DNA of 63,539 nt, filler included, from Pelomyxa schiedti (Eukaryota > Protista > Evosea), in assembly GCA_020536535.1 (NCBI GenBank). It is 10 parts of 10 records of this genome, joined end to end, with 100 filler letters (N's around TTAATTAATTAA, not from the genome) between each part and the next. Parts side by side here need not be neighbours in the genome. Positions count along the whole stretch, not along the records: positions 26,336 to 39,548 come from JAHLWZ010000510.1; positions 39,649 to 41,457 come from JAHLWZ010002258.1; positions 41,558 to 43,603 come from JAHLWZ010002162.1; positions 43,704 to 52,418 come from JAHLWZ010001308.1; 6 more parts are not named here. One strand, 5' to 3'. The notes under the pieces were generated by a model. It ran no database searches and was not told the origin of the DNA. It was given only the letters and a program-made list of their open reading frames with translations. How positions within the stretch are numbered: the first letter of the stretch is position 1; the number at the start of each line of letters is the position of its first letter. The position numbers were made by a program, and so were the translations under genes. Below, in pieces: positions 35,157 through 46,833 of the stretch.

Positions 35157-37947
35157 CTCCTGATTCTAAAACGGAGTCCGAGAACAACACCGAGATACTA
35201 CACACAAGCCACGACATTGTGGAGTGGGTAGTGGGAGAACGAGGGAGGAGGGTGTAGGTGTGTGGGATGCAGGCGCGCGGGGTGCAAGTGCGTGTGTGGT
35301 TCCATAAACAGGGTGTGTGTGAATGATACACCCTTCCACAGAGTGTATCCCCACCCCCAACCCCCATCCCCACATGTGCATCCTTCCAAAGGGTGAGCCT
35401 ACACCCCTCCACAGGGTGTGGTCCCCACCTCCACCTCCCCCCCCCTCTCACTGCCTCTGTGGCACCCCTCCATGAGGTGCACAGGAAGGGCGAACATACA
35501 CCCTTCCTCAGAATGCCTCTACACCCACGCAGAGCAATCCCGCACCCTTCCAAAGGGAGGGAGTTGCAAGGCGGCCTGTATAGTACAAGTAAGTAAGTGC
35601 AGTGTGTGTGGTAGAGGTTTCTAAAATTCCGGGTATCCCGGAATTACTATTTGTTCAATAATAATCATAACGGCGTGAATAGTAGTGGTAGTAATATATG
35701 TTGGTGATATTATATTAGGAGTAGAAGTAGTAGTAGCCGGCGAATAGTAAGTAGTAGTAGTCGTCTCTAATAATGTGCTGCCCTAGCATAGCGCCATTGT
35801 GGGACAGCAGCAGCAGGTTGTTGCTGTGGAGGCAATACAGCTTGCTGGTAGCGCGGTGGTGGAACATACAGCAACGGTTGTGATGGTGATGAGGGAGTGA
35901 TTTGTGGCCCACGTTGCTGTTGTTGTTGCGCAGAACCAGTGGCGGGACAGCATGCACATACTGTGATTGCAGTAGGTTGGCCCGTATTTTGGGTGGAAAC
36001 GTAGACACATCTCTTTGTTTTCATCACAAACTCTTCCTGAATCAAAGCTCAGAATCACTTCCTTTAGCAGGGGATAACAGGGTGTGTTACTGGCACTTGT
36101 TGTGGTAGCCGATGCTGGGGACAATGGACCACCATCATGTCGGCGGTGCGGGTTGCTCTGCAGTCGGGCCAGGGGGGCCACTGGGGTCGATGTGCCGGGG
36201 AATGTCACATGAGTGAGTGGTGACGAAGTTGGTTGTATCACCGTCTTTCTCTGTAAAAAGTGTAAGGAAATGAGATATATTCTGGAGTTTTTTGGCGTAT
36301 GACCTGTATTCATTGCTGTACATCGGTCTTCGCTTGTTTGATTCGGTTCCTGCACTTGATCCATCTGTGGCCCAGTTTGTTTTCTGCCTCAACGTCTGCA
36401 CGGGACATAATGTTATCTGCCCGGATATCGGAGTACAGCAACACTCCAATCTTCTCCAGTTCTTATTGTGGGCTTCCAGTTGCCCATTGAGACAAGGGAA
36501 CCCATGATTCCTTCAGCATAAGATAGTGTGACTCAATTTGCACGGTGGAATGAGGGAGTACTTGGCGTAAGGAAATGACCATGCAATTGAGAGCATTGAG
36601 AAGCAGTCGCCACGTTTCTATGTGAAACAAGTCAAAGGTGGAGAAGCACAAAAGTACTGTAAAAAACAGGATCTCCACTTGCTGGCAGTGTGCTCATCCC
36701 TCAATTTGCGCAGAGTGGGTCCAATTGGCACATGAAGTTGGGCCACTATTGTCGTCCTTAACTTCCTCAACAACAATGACTGCGTCTGCTGCATTTCCTG
36801 CTGCTGTAACACCTCGTTGCAGTGACTGGTGTTTTGCCAAGTGTAAGGGTCAAGTCCCACATAGGAATAATAATATATACCATCAATTCGATATTGTTGG
36901 TATTACCAATGAGAAAGAATTTGGAGAAAGCACGTCGCCACTGTTGCTGCAGTATCAACAAAAACAGAGCATGATGGTGGAAGGTGTCTCTGGGAGGATT
37001 GCTCCCCCTTTGCACTCTGCCACAATCACCACCACCAAAACATTCTTTTCTGTCTGCTCACAACCAAACAGTCAACCCCAACTGACATATTATCACTTTG
37101 CTCTTTTCTCTATTGCTCTTTCTTTGGGCTGGCCTTCCTTCTTTGAGAAATACCCCAATCAAATTCGAGTTTGGGTTCAGTTCTTGATTGCTTGGCTTGG
37201 CTTGGCATCTGTGTAAATGTGAGTGACTTGGGGTTATTTACAGTGTAACAATTTACCTTGGTTATTTGCTTTTTGGGCTGGAGGAAGGAGGCAAAGAAGT
37301 GCGCAAATGTTTTCGCGGGTTGCTGGCCTGTTTCTTGCTCCTGCTTGGCTTCGCTTCTGTGTAAATGTGAGTGTTGCGAGTCATTTAGCACATAAAAGTT
37401 GACATAAAAATAGAAGAGAGAAATAAGACAGCGAAGAACCCCAGGGCATTCTCCTCCATGCTTCTCTTTGAGGGGTAAACGTTGAGACGGAAACACAGTT
37501 ATACCTCAACGATGGCGCCATGATTTTCTACGAACGGAGACTTGAGCGCCAAAATGACGGGTTGAAGAGGCGTTGTGTCAACCAAAAAATTGGAGTTTGG
37601 AGAGCTCTTCACACTTGGTGGGTTCGCGATTTTGCCGTTGGAACTTGGGGAGAGAAAACAAAAATAACGGATGTGTTGGTGACACCACCTCGTGCCAATG
37701 TGTGGGTGCTGTGGAAGTACAACGTGGTGTTTTATATGCTGCGCCTGTTAACTCAGGCAGCTTTATTTCTTTTTTTTTTCCCGTTGGCTATGGAACTTCT
37801 ATGGACCAAGCTGGAACTGCATGTATCTTCTCTGCTTTTCTTTTTCGCGTTCTTAATTTCTTAATTAATTGTCCTTGAAGTAACAATGAAGGGATAAAAG
37901 TTTCTTGAGATTTTCTTTTTTTGGAACTGCTGTGCAGCAGGAATTGC

Positions 37948-38949
37948 TCAGTGTGACCAGCCGATGGTCTTGAGGTGTCGCACGACACTGGAATACGTAA
38001 CACTGCTCAAAAATTCCTCATCTCTGGCGTTCCTCATGGCTGTGGATGACACATCGGAATCCCTTTCAAAGGGCCCACCTTCCCCTGGTGGAACGGTCTA
38101 TGGAACTCAGTTTGTGAATAAACAGGGGTAGGGAATTACATAATTGTGCAGGGCGGTGGATTTGCGACTGACAGTGTATCCTGGTCGTGGAACAGAGACA
38201 ACATATTCTGAAGACGTAAGCCTGATGGAGGTTCCTTTAAAAAAAGTAATACTTTCTTGGAAACGAACCATTTGACATATAGATCAGTTCCGCAAAGAAA
38301 CAATGTCTACAATCAAGTTAGACAAAGAAAGAAACAGTCCTCCCCGTACAATCAAGTTGAATGCAGCGAATCGAGAGGCAAAGAAATCCCGTCTATCTCG
38401 TGCGACATCAGGGAAGTCAATGAAGCGTGACTGCATTCCTTCCCATTTGTCCACAAAGATGGTGAATCCATCCTCTAATTACACTTATAAAAAAGAAGGA
38501 AGCAAAGAGAAAAGAAAAACCAGCAGGGAACTGAGTGAAGTGATCCTCTACTGCCAATTCACACATTCTGACCCTTTCTGTCCAGGCAATAGCTTGATCC
38601 CCAAGTTTATCACGAAGGTACCCATCATGAGATGGTGAAATATACCCTGCTACCACATGCAAACTGTAGCAAAAAAAAAAATCAGAGTTGCAAAAAAAGA
38701 GCCATAACTCCAACCACCAAAGGGAGAACAAAACGAACAAACCCTGGCATACACAAACCCATACTTTTCGTGGGAGTTGAGCCAGTGCCTGGCAATCTCA
38801 AACTGCCGTATGTGCATATGGTGCACTGGGTTGAAGCTGCCCGTCGCCAGAAGCACCACGAGCTGCTTCGTCGGATGCGCTTCATGGTGGCGCACAATCA
38901 ACGCCGCCAGGTCCCGTGTGGGCGTAGTCTCCTCGGACGGGTGTGCCAT
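37948..38949 (-). CDS. NMNAT: Nicotinamide/nicotinate mononucleotide adenylyltransferase (multi-exon)
   Basis: LLATGSFNPVHHMH, GYISPSHDGY, RVRMCELAV, VDKWEG, FLCGTDL and DVSSTAMR match eukaryotic NMNAT motifs (GSFNPxTxxH, SPVxDxY, LLCGADL, ISSTxIR). Confidence 0.88.
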
Positions 38950-39397
38950 TTTGGTTGTAAGGCTTGCGGCGGTTCGCTTTTTTTGTATGTTGTCTTTGCT
39001 GTTCGACGAAAGAAAATACAAAATTTGCCTTCACATTAGACTTACCCGAAAAATCATGATTAGTCTTGACACAACGAAAAAAACAGACTTGTGACGTACG
39101 GAATTGAGTTCAAAACGTCGCCACTACAGCCTGGATCTCCGCTTGCTGGGGGTTGTGCTCATCCCTCAATTTGCGCACTGTGGGCTCATTTTGCAGCAGA
39201 TTGTGCACTTCTGTGGTCCTGTTGGGGGTGTGTGAGACTGGAGTTGGGCCATTGGACAAGCGGGGGTAGCCACAGAGAAGGAACCATGCCACACGTTTCG
39301 CACTTGAATTTCGATCATCACAAATGGTCCCACTACTTCGAACCTTTGGTTGTTGGTTCAAGGATCCTGAAAAAAATTTCGAAACTTTGTTGAAGAG

Positions 39398-39548
39398 TCA
39401 AAGTGGGGTCCACACTTCAATTTCACTGACCACCCATGAGGAGTATGTTCCAGCAAGGTATTCATTTGGGGGGTTGTGCTGTGGCTGCTCACAGTAACTG
39501 GGGTGCACGTTCGCGTAGCTGCCGGTTGTTGTGTTGCTGTTGTTGCAT
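39398..39548 (-). CDS. TRIM-like paralogue 3, 3' end (TLDc C-terminus)
   Basis: Homologous to 26829-26977; NEYLAGTYSSWVVSEIEVWTPL*. Confidence 0.7.
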
Positions 39549-39648
39549 NNNNNNNNNNNNNNNNNNNNNNNNNNNNNNNNNNNNNNNNNNNNTTAATTAA
39601 TTAANNNNNNNNNNNNNNNNNNNNNNNNNNNNNNNNNNNNNNNNNNNN

Positions 39649-41340
39649 CCACACAACCTGCTGGCTGCCACCCCTTGTGTCAGCCCCCACGCCACGTGCT
39701 GGCTGTCAAACGATTTGTTGGCTGGAAGACAACACCCCAGCTGGCTGTATACTGTTTTAGGGGAAGTCTCTTGAGGGTCTCCCTGTTCAGCCCCCAGAAG
39801 TTTGTGCACAGCCGCATGCTGCCATCCTTTTTCATGGACAGTGACAATGGGGCCACCCATTCGCTAGCCCCCTCCTTAATCACACCCAGCCGCAGCATCA
39901 TATCAATCTCCTCCCCCACCATCTCTTTTTCTTTTGGGGACATGACCTTCTCTGGTCTGCACACAGGTCTACACGGCTTAGTTGGAATGTGGTGCTCTAG
40001 AAGTGTTGTCCTCCCCAGCTTAGCCTGGTCGTTCGTAAACAGGTTGCTGAACTCTGTTTGTAGCTGGGTTAGTGCTGCTCTCTGCCCTTCTGTGAGGTTT
40101 TCCCATGTGATGCTGGCAGTTTTCCACTCAGCCTCATCCGTCTGTACTGTGGTGATGAACAGTGTGTACTTCCATCAAGTACACGAACTCACTGAGTCGG
40201 AGGAATCTGATCATCTCGGGGGTGAGAGATCTGATCTTGACTTGCAGATTCGTGATGGTTACTGGAAATGGAGGCCGAGAGTAAATATCACATGGCGGGG
40301 CTAGCACAAGCATCTGCCGTTGATAATCCTCAAGCCATTGGCTCGGCTGTGTTGAAAAGTGGTCCCCCCAATACTCTGGACCATGTGGCTGTTGGAACCT
40401 TCTAGAACAAGCGTGTCCTTTTAAGCCAGGCTCAAATCCACCTGACAACACACACAAAGAAAAAGCAATAAGAACACACCAACACTACACAAAATAAACC
40501 AAAACATTATCATTATTAAATTCTTGTTACACACAAAAGCACACAACAGTTGGGCCACCCTTTCCTCTGGGGCTATTTCGTCGTATGGGTCCCTCAGTTT
40601 CAATAGCATTGGGGGAATCGCCTGTGCAGTGTCGGCCTGTTCCGCGCTTCTCATTCTTTCCTCCTCTACCGTGACTGGCCACGCTGTTGCGACGGGCTGC
40701 CCGGCCCTCACCACTAGTGTGGCTGATCCTTTGTTGAGTAGACCCACGGTCGCCACTCGCAGGTCGTCGAGCTGGGCAACGCGGGGGTCCCCAAATACCA
40801 TTCCTCGCGGGAGTAACACCCATCGCAGCCACACCCGCTTTCCAGTGTGTGATGGACTTACTGACTCCACTGTGAGCCGGCGTGTGGTACCCGGTGGTAC
40901 GTGCTGGTCCATAGTGGCAATTAGAGTGGCCTTTCCGTCGTCGTTCGTGGGGTTGATAAAGTCCCTCTTCCAGTCCCCACAGTGCACGCGTCCTTTTGCC
41001 ATTGACAGCTCAGCACCCACCTTCTGCAGTAGGTCTAAGCCTATCAGGGCTTGGACTGGGCACCCTTGGATTATGACGAAGTCGTGTTGTATCTTTTGCC
41101 TGCAAATGTGTGCCTTCATCCTTGCACACCCCATTGCCAGCACCCAGCCTCCAATGCCTGCAATTCTGCCACACCATGGCTCGTGATGTCCCCATCGGCC
41201 CATTGTATCCAACGGAAGGTGGCCTCATCCAGTATGGATATTGTCGCGCATGTGTCCAACGTTAGCATAACTCTTTTGCCACCGATTCTTCCCCTGATAG
41301 TAGGTAATGTGGCACCTGATCCCCCATCCTTGAATATAAG
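39649..41340 (-). mobile_element. Degenerate Ty3/Gypsy pol fragment (aspartic protease to start of reverse transcriptase)
   Basis: Protease VMLTLDTCATISIL...ALIGLDLL; RT EEIDMMLRLGVIKEGASEWVAP...KKDGSMRLCTNFWGLN. Confidence 0.85.
40163..40545 (+). mobile_element. Nested solo LTR-like insertion (383 bp) inside pol
   Basis: TGTGT...ACACA flanked by ACAG/ACAG. Removing it restores a continuous pol frame ERVAQL|FITTVQTDEAE. Confidence 0.85.
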
Positions 41341-41589
41341 CTCCTGCCAACCTAGTCAGGCTTTTGCCAATGAATCAGGTTTACAGAACCCAGGAAATTA
41401 CACCCAAAAAGCACAAAATTACAGTCAAATTGCAACTCTGTGGTTGATATTGTGTAANNNNNNNNNNNNNNNNNNNNNNNNNNNNNNNNNNNNNNNNNNN
41501 NTTAATTAATTAANNNNNNNNNNNNNNNNNNNNNNNNNNNNNNNNNNNNNNNNNNNNACATGTTGTTCATCATTCCCTCTATTGGAGCA

Positions 41590-41880
41590 CATTGGGTGTT
41601 AGGCATGCTCCCAGACATCAATCACATGTCACGATGGGGCGGCCAGCTCCTACAACTATGGGGGTTAAGAAGAATGCATGCACATTATAACAGTAGTACG
41701 GGAGTTGGTATACCTTAAGAGGGTTATCGGCATCATGATAGTATGAGACAATTTCCAGCTTGCCCATTGAGCACCAACCAGCACTTCCAAAGTGTCCGAG
41801 TGCAGTCTCAGAGAACTTTCTCTTGAACTCGGCGAAGGAGCCAAAGTCTCGGGCTTGTAGTGAGTCAGGCATTCAACTTC
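41590..41880 (-). pseudogene. Fe/Mn superoxide dismutase C-terminal pseudogene fragment
   Basis: RDFGSFAEFKRKFSETALGHFGS-GW, HDADNPL, and DVWEHA followed by a stop in place of YY; frameshifts present. Confidence 0.8.
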
Positions 41881-43127
41881 GTGGCATAGCCCAAACTAAG
41901 AAAGTGAGACTACAGTGGAGACACAGTGACAGGCATTGTTGCGAGAGGAAATGATTGTTGTTGATGAGAAGATTCTCACTGTCGCTTTGTTGGTTTGTTT
42001 TTTATTTTATTTTTATTTTATGTTGGGAATGTAATTAATTAAAGAACATCTTTAATACCCTAATTCTACAAGTCACACGTTTGTCTTTGAGGAGCTTTTT
42101 TCTGGTGGAAATGAATTTTTGTGTAAAAAGACAAGAGGTGGCACAAAACCTCCACTGTCTCGCCTACTACACATAGCATGTTTGAAGAAACAATTGCCTG
42201 CCAAGATGGCTTCCACGATTTCTGATATGAGTGTGATTATCTGAGATTGATGGCCTGTGTAGATATTAGGCTTCTTTCTTCTGTGTTGTTGTTCTGATGA
42301 GTTCAATCAAAAGCACAACGGTTTCGGTTGGTATCGTAAGCGGGAGTGCGACACACAACAACAAAACAACTGCAACAGGTGACCATAAAAGAAGAATGGG
42401 AGCAAGAGAGAAATTACCATGGAATTCCAACAGAATGGAAATGCCTCACAAGCACAGCCCCAGCCCCAAGATTTTTTCCACTCGTGTGCCTCAACTCCGT
42501 CACCACAATGCCCACATGTTGGAATGGAGTCCCGGCAAAATTAGGCCGATTCCCCATCACACAAGCAATCTGCAATCACGCTACATGACGACCACCACAA
42601 CGATGAGTGCCCACCACCACCAACCAAATCCCCAGTTCGGCCAGCAGCAGCCTCATCGCCAACCCAAACCCACCGCAAATCTCCCTCCACGCGCAACAGA
42701 GTGTGATGTCCAACAACCACAACCAGCCAATGGCGTAATCGCACATGCGACCACTGTGAACGATCTCACTACGATGCACGTCACTTGACTGGGGGTGCGT
42801 CACAACAGCGACAGCGACAACCGCACCACACTAATCACATCTCACATCTAGATCCATTGTTGGAAATATCTATTTATGCTTCGCCGGAGTTGCAAAATGT
42901 TTCCCCTGGTTTCCTTTAAAATAAAAAAAAAAAGCAGCGTAACCACTTAAACATAAACCACAAAAAAAAAACAACCAAAGTTGCACGTGACAACTATGAC
43001 TAGAGATCTACCACGAAACTGCAATACTAAAGCCAAACCAACCTTAACAGCACGTGTTTGTTCTTCCCTGTTTGCGTTTTTCTTTCCCCCCTATCGCAGT
43101 TTTTGTCACGCATACCACACGAAATTT

Positions 43128-43214
43128 AAGCCAGTATAGTGCAAAACATGGTGGGAGTATTGTGTCTTAAATTTCGACACAATACTCCCACCATGTTTTG
43201 CACTTTTCTGGCTT
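43128..43214. repeat. Long inverted repeat / hairpin
   Basis: Perfect 29-bp arms 43138-43166 and 43176-43204 with a 9-nt loop, extended by AAGCCAG/CTGGCTT. Confidence 0.92.
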
Positions 43215-44237
43215 TAATAGTTACTGGAATCCACTTGGTGTTAATGAAGAATTTTCGACTTTGACTTTGAGAATTCCAGCAATTTGCAGCAAGGTATCTT
43301 GAGTACCTTACAAGAGTTCACTAACCGGACCAACAGGGACCGCCACACCCACCTGAGAATTTCCCAAAAAATTGCCCTTTCGTGTAAAATGCTTTTCTCC
43401 TAAATGGGTAAATAAAAAAAACACCAGACCATCGCGTTTCTAAAGTTTAGGTTTTGTTGCTAATCACAACAGATTCGATTAGATCGAATTCAAAGAATAA
43501 GAGGTGATCGAATCGATTACGGACGTAACAGCCACAACAGCGCGGACATGGAACGTTTTCACACACAAGTGAAGGAGTGTCTTGCACAAAACATCAACCA
43601 AGGNNNNNNNNNNNNNNNNNNNNNNNNNNNNNNNNNNNNNNNNNNNNTTAATTAATTAANNNNNNNNNNNNNNNNNNNNNNNNNNNNNNNNNNNNNNNNN
43701 NNNAGCAGAATCAACCGTTAATTAAAAACCAAAGATCCAAGCCTCACAAACCAGTCACTACCAGCCTGAGCGTCACCGGCATTTTTCGTTTTTACGGCCG
43801 TCCTTTGGCTTCTGGAAGCGATAAAAGATCGGTGGTGTGATTGGTACCGCGAATTCGATGAGAGTCTGAGTGCCACCCACAAAACAATGCAAGGAGGAGA
43901 GTGTCTCAACGTTGAATCTTGATCTACAAAATGTCTTTTCCCCAACAAGTTGGTCCTGCGCTGTAGTTTTTCCGGCGTTCGCTTCCTGGGTCGTTCACCG
44001 TGTCCACGTTTGCTATACTGTGGAAACATTTTCTTCTCCATAATTGCGGGCTCATCTGACTCAGTTGGCCACCGGGTCAAAAAGCATAAATTTTGAGCAA
44101 GAGAAGGCGGGTGTGCGTGCATGTGCGAACAAGGGAAAAAAAAGCGCGGTCCGTGATTTATAAGGAGGAGAAAGAGTGCAGCGTCATGTGAGACTCACTA
44201 CAAATAAAAACTCAACACGGTTTACTACTGCTGGGTG

Positions 44238-46742
44238 ATGCGTTTTTCCCTCTGGATCTCGGCCTTGGTGGTTGTGGCGTGCTACGGGAGTGCAGAGATC
44301 TGCAACACGTCTTTCACTTTCTTGTGTTTGAATGAAAAACGGTGCATAGATTTGTCACCTTTTTGACGCCTTCTGACGTTCCTATGTTAACACCAGATTC
44401 CTACGTTGTTCTGCCGTTACGAACGTGAGCACAGAGAACAGCACCCTTTGGACCACTGAAGAGGCAACATGTTCGTCTGGTCAAGTGTGTTCTTGTGGCC
44501 GCAGTTCATCTTGGCCTTGTCTATGGTACTGAATTGTTGTTACATCTACTCAATCCCTGTAACGAGTCATCTGAAGGGACCACGATGTTACTCCAATTGA
44601 CTGTGAGGGCTATGCTGGTACAGAAGAAAGTAGATGGAACACTGACAACGCAAAGTCTATTGACGGTATTACATTCTTTATACGTAACCTTTCTTGACTT
44701 CCCTTTTTCTGTATTAGATACTTATAGCCTTATGCCTAGCAAGCACCTTTCTATGGCTATTTGCTTCGATAAGAAGAAATGGCTCTCCCAGCTTGGTGCT
44801 CTGCTACTTTCTGCAACTTATGACAAGATTGACGCTCATGTGGCCGTTGGAAGCAATTTCATGTGCTCATTGCACCCAAATGTACACTACGACTATAATC
44901 CCACACAGCTGTGGTTAGGTGATCACCATTTACTATTACTCAACAACACCAATTATTTACTTTCTCCAGGTTTTCCAGAAGATGTTGTTCCAACGGACTT
45001 GTCCAGGGGGAAACGTTTGCGATTTTTACGGCTACCTGATTCAATGACCGGTCTAACACTTGGTTTCTTGATGGACATGTACGGAATGTATGAGTCGCTA
45101 TTCATTCTATCTGTTGAGATGACCCAAACAAAAAAAAAAAACAAAGAAACCCTGGGACACTTCTTGCTCTGTTAACTGATGAATCTCTTGCTACAGTGAC
45201 AAGTGTTCCATCAAATTTCTTCGTAGCACCACTTTTTGGTGAGATGTGGAAGTGCTCCGAGACTGTTGCACAATCCAAGTTTCTCTCCCCTCTTTCCCTC
45301 TTTTTTTAATAGAACTTCCGTAGTAGCACAACATGTGACAATTACAGCCCACTGACAAGCGATGGGGGAGCTCTGCAGACCTCCAAAACTGTTCTGAGTG
45401 ACCTCGTTTCAATTATTCCACAACGTCTCAAAGTTCCATCAGCAGAAGGTTGCACACGATTTCTTACCATGATCAACTGACACTTGAAGCAGGCAGACCA
45501 AACAACACAAAACAACCTGATTACCAGAGCCATCAATACTTCGAGTCGAACCCAAACTTTGATGCATACTTTGCAGAACTTTCTTTTGCGCCCTTGTACA
45601 AATCCTTGATTGTAACTGCCTTGGAGATGCATGCTCATCATTCCCCCTTGTTCTTATTTGACTGCCGTAAGCTTTTTCTTTCTTCTTTCCCTGCTTACCG
45701 ATACCACAGTGGGAATGAGGCCTATCTGGAATGTACTTTCACGAACATCTATGGATTCACTCGAGTTCTCGTTTGCCATACATGCCCACAAGGTCGGCTT
45801 GTTTGACACCTCTTTACGCTATGAGAATGTGATGCAATGTCTTACATCTTCCAACCTCACAAGCAAGTCGTTTGAGCAGTGTGACTTCCTCTTCTTATGA
45901 GTGACGTGCTGATTTTTCCATCAGATGTGTATTCTCCTCCACGTACACACAGATCGATCGTGTTCGAGCCCTATGCAAGATATTTGACTCTTCAACCTTG
46001 ATTTATGATTACCCCATCTACTGGACAGATGTTGAGTATGCTTTTTGGTCAAGTTATCACATGCTCACTCTCTCAGGTTGTTTATTACTCGGCTTCGCAG
46101 TACATATCCTTTCAGCACCGTTGAAATGCATGGCACTATTCTTTGGGATACACTTTCTCGAGACTCCCTGACGGCGTTTCAAGTTCTTGCAGAGCACAGG
46201 CAAATCTTTATTTTGGAGATACTGGAATAGCTAAATACTCACAGGGCCTCGACTGGAACATTCTCTGAGTATGGGTCTGGCCCCTCCCAAGGGGCGATTT
46301 CATTGAAATACGATTGGAGAGCTTTGTGTGCCGTAATAAGGATGTACCTTCCGGCCAGTGAGATTCTTGTGGGTAGGACTCTTCAGGTATTCTGTGCCCC
46401 TCCTCTCTATCTTGAATAACTTGTGACAGGCTCTAGCCCAGAGAGGCCGGGTCTCTGAGGACATTAACTACATAAATCCTGACTGGTGGCCGACTTCATT
46501 TGGATCTTTTGCCGGCTATAATGAAAATGTATGCCCCCCAGCCGAGATCACAAACAGTTCGTCTTCAGAGGGACAAAATGGTACAGTGTCAAACAGCAGC
46601 TCCGCAGCAGACGAGTATGCCAGCAATTGCATTTTCTATTTTGTTCAACACAAGCAGGTCACAGTATGGTACAGCAATCAGCCTGCCAGTGGCCCAGTCA
46701 CTCACTCTCATCCTTTGCATTTGTGCACTCCTGTTTGTCTAA
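44238..46742 (+). CDS. Multi-exon predicted secreted / GPI-anchored surface protein
   Basis: Signal-peptide-like MRFSLWISALVVVACYGSA; Cys-containing exons; hydrophobic C-terminus TAISLPVAQSLTLILCICALLFV*. Exon structure not resolved. Confidence 0.5.
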
Positions 46743-46833
46743 AAAAGCAACAAACAAAATTAATTAAATTTCCTTGCTTCATCCATCCCTTTCTTTTTTC
46801 TTATGTTCTGGCCTGCAAAATGACCGATGATTA

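Larger units (their letters stand above)
27394..38235. repeat. Direct segmental duplication: ~27394-32671 vs 32772-38235
   Basis: Near-identical sequence and ORF sets. Indels include an ~180-bp segment near 36311-36488 absent from copy 1, and a 45-bp insertion at 35112. Confidence 0.92.

Noticed and set aside
42297-42788. 163-aa low-complexity ORF
   Set aside because: T/H/Q-rich with no motif or splice support; not called.
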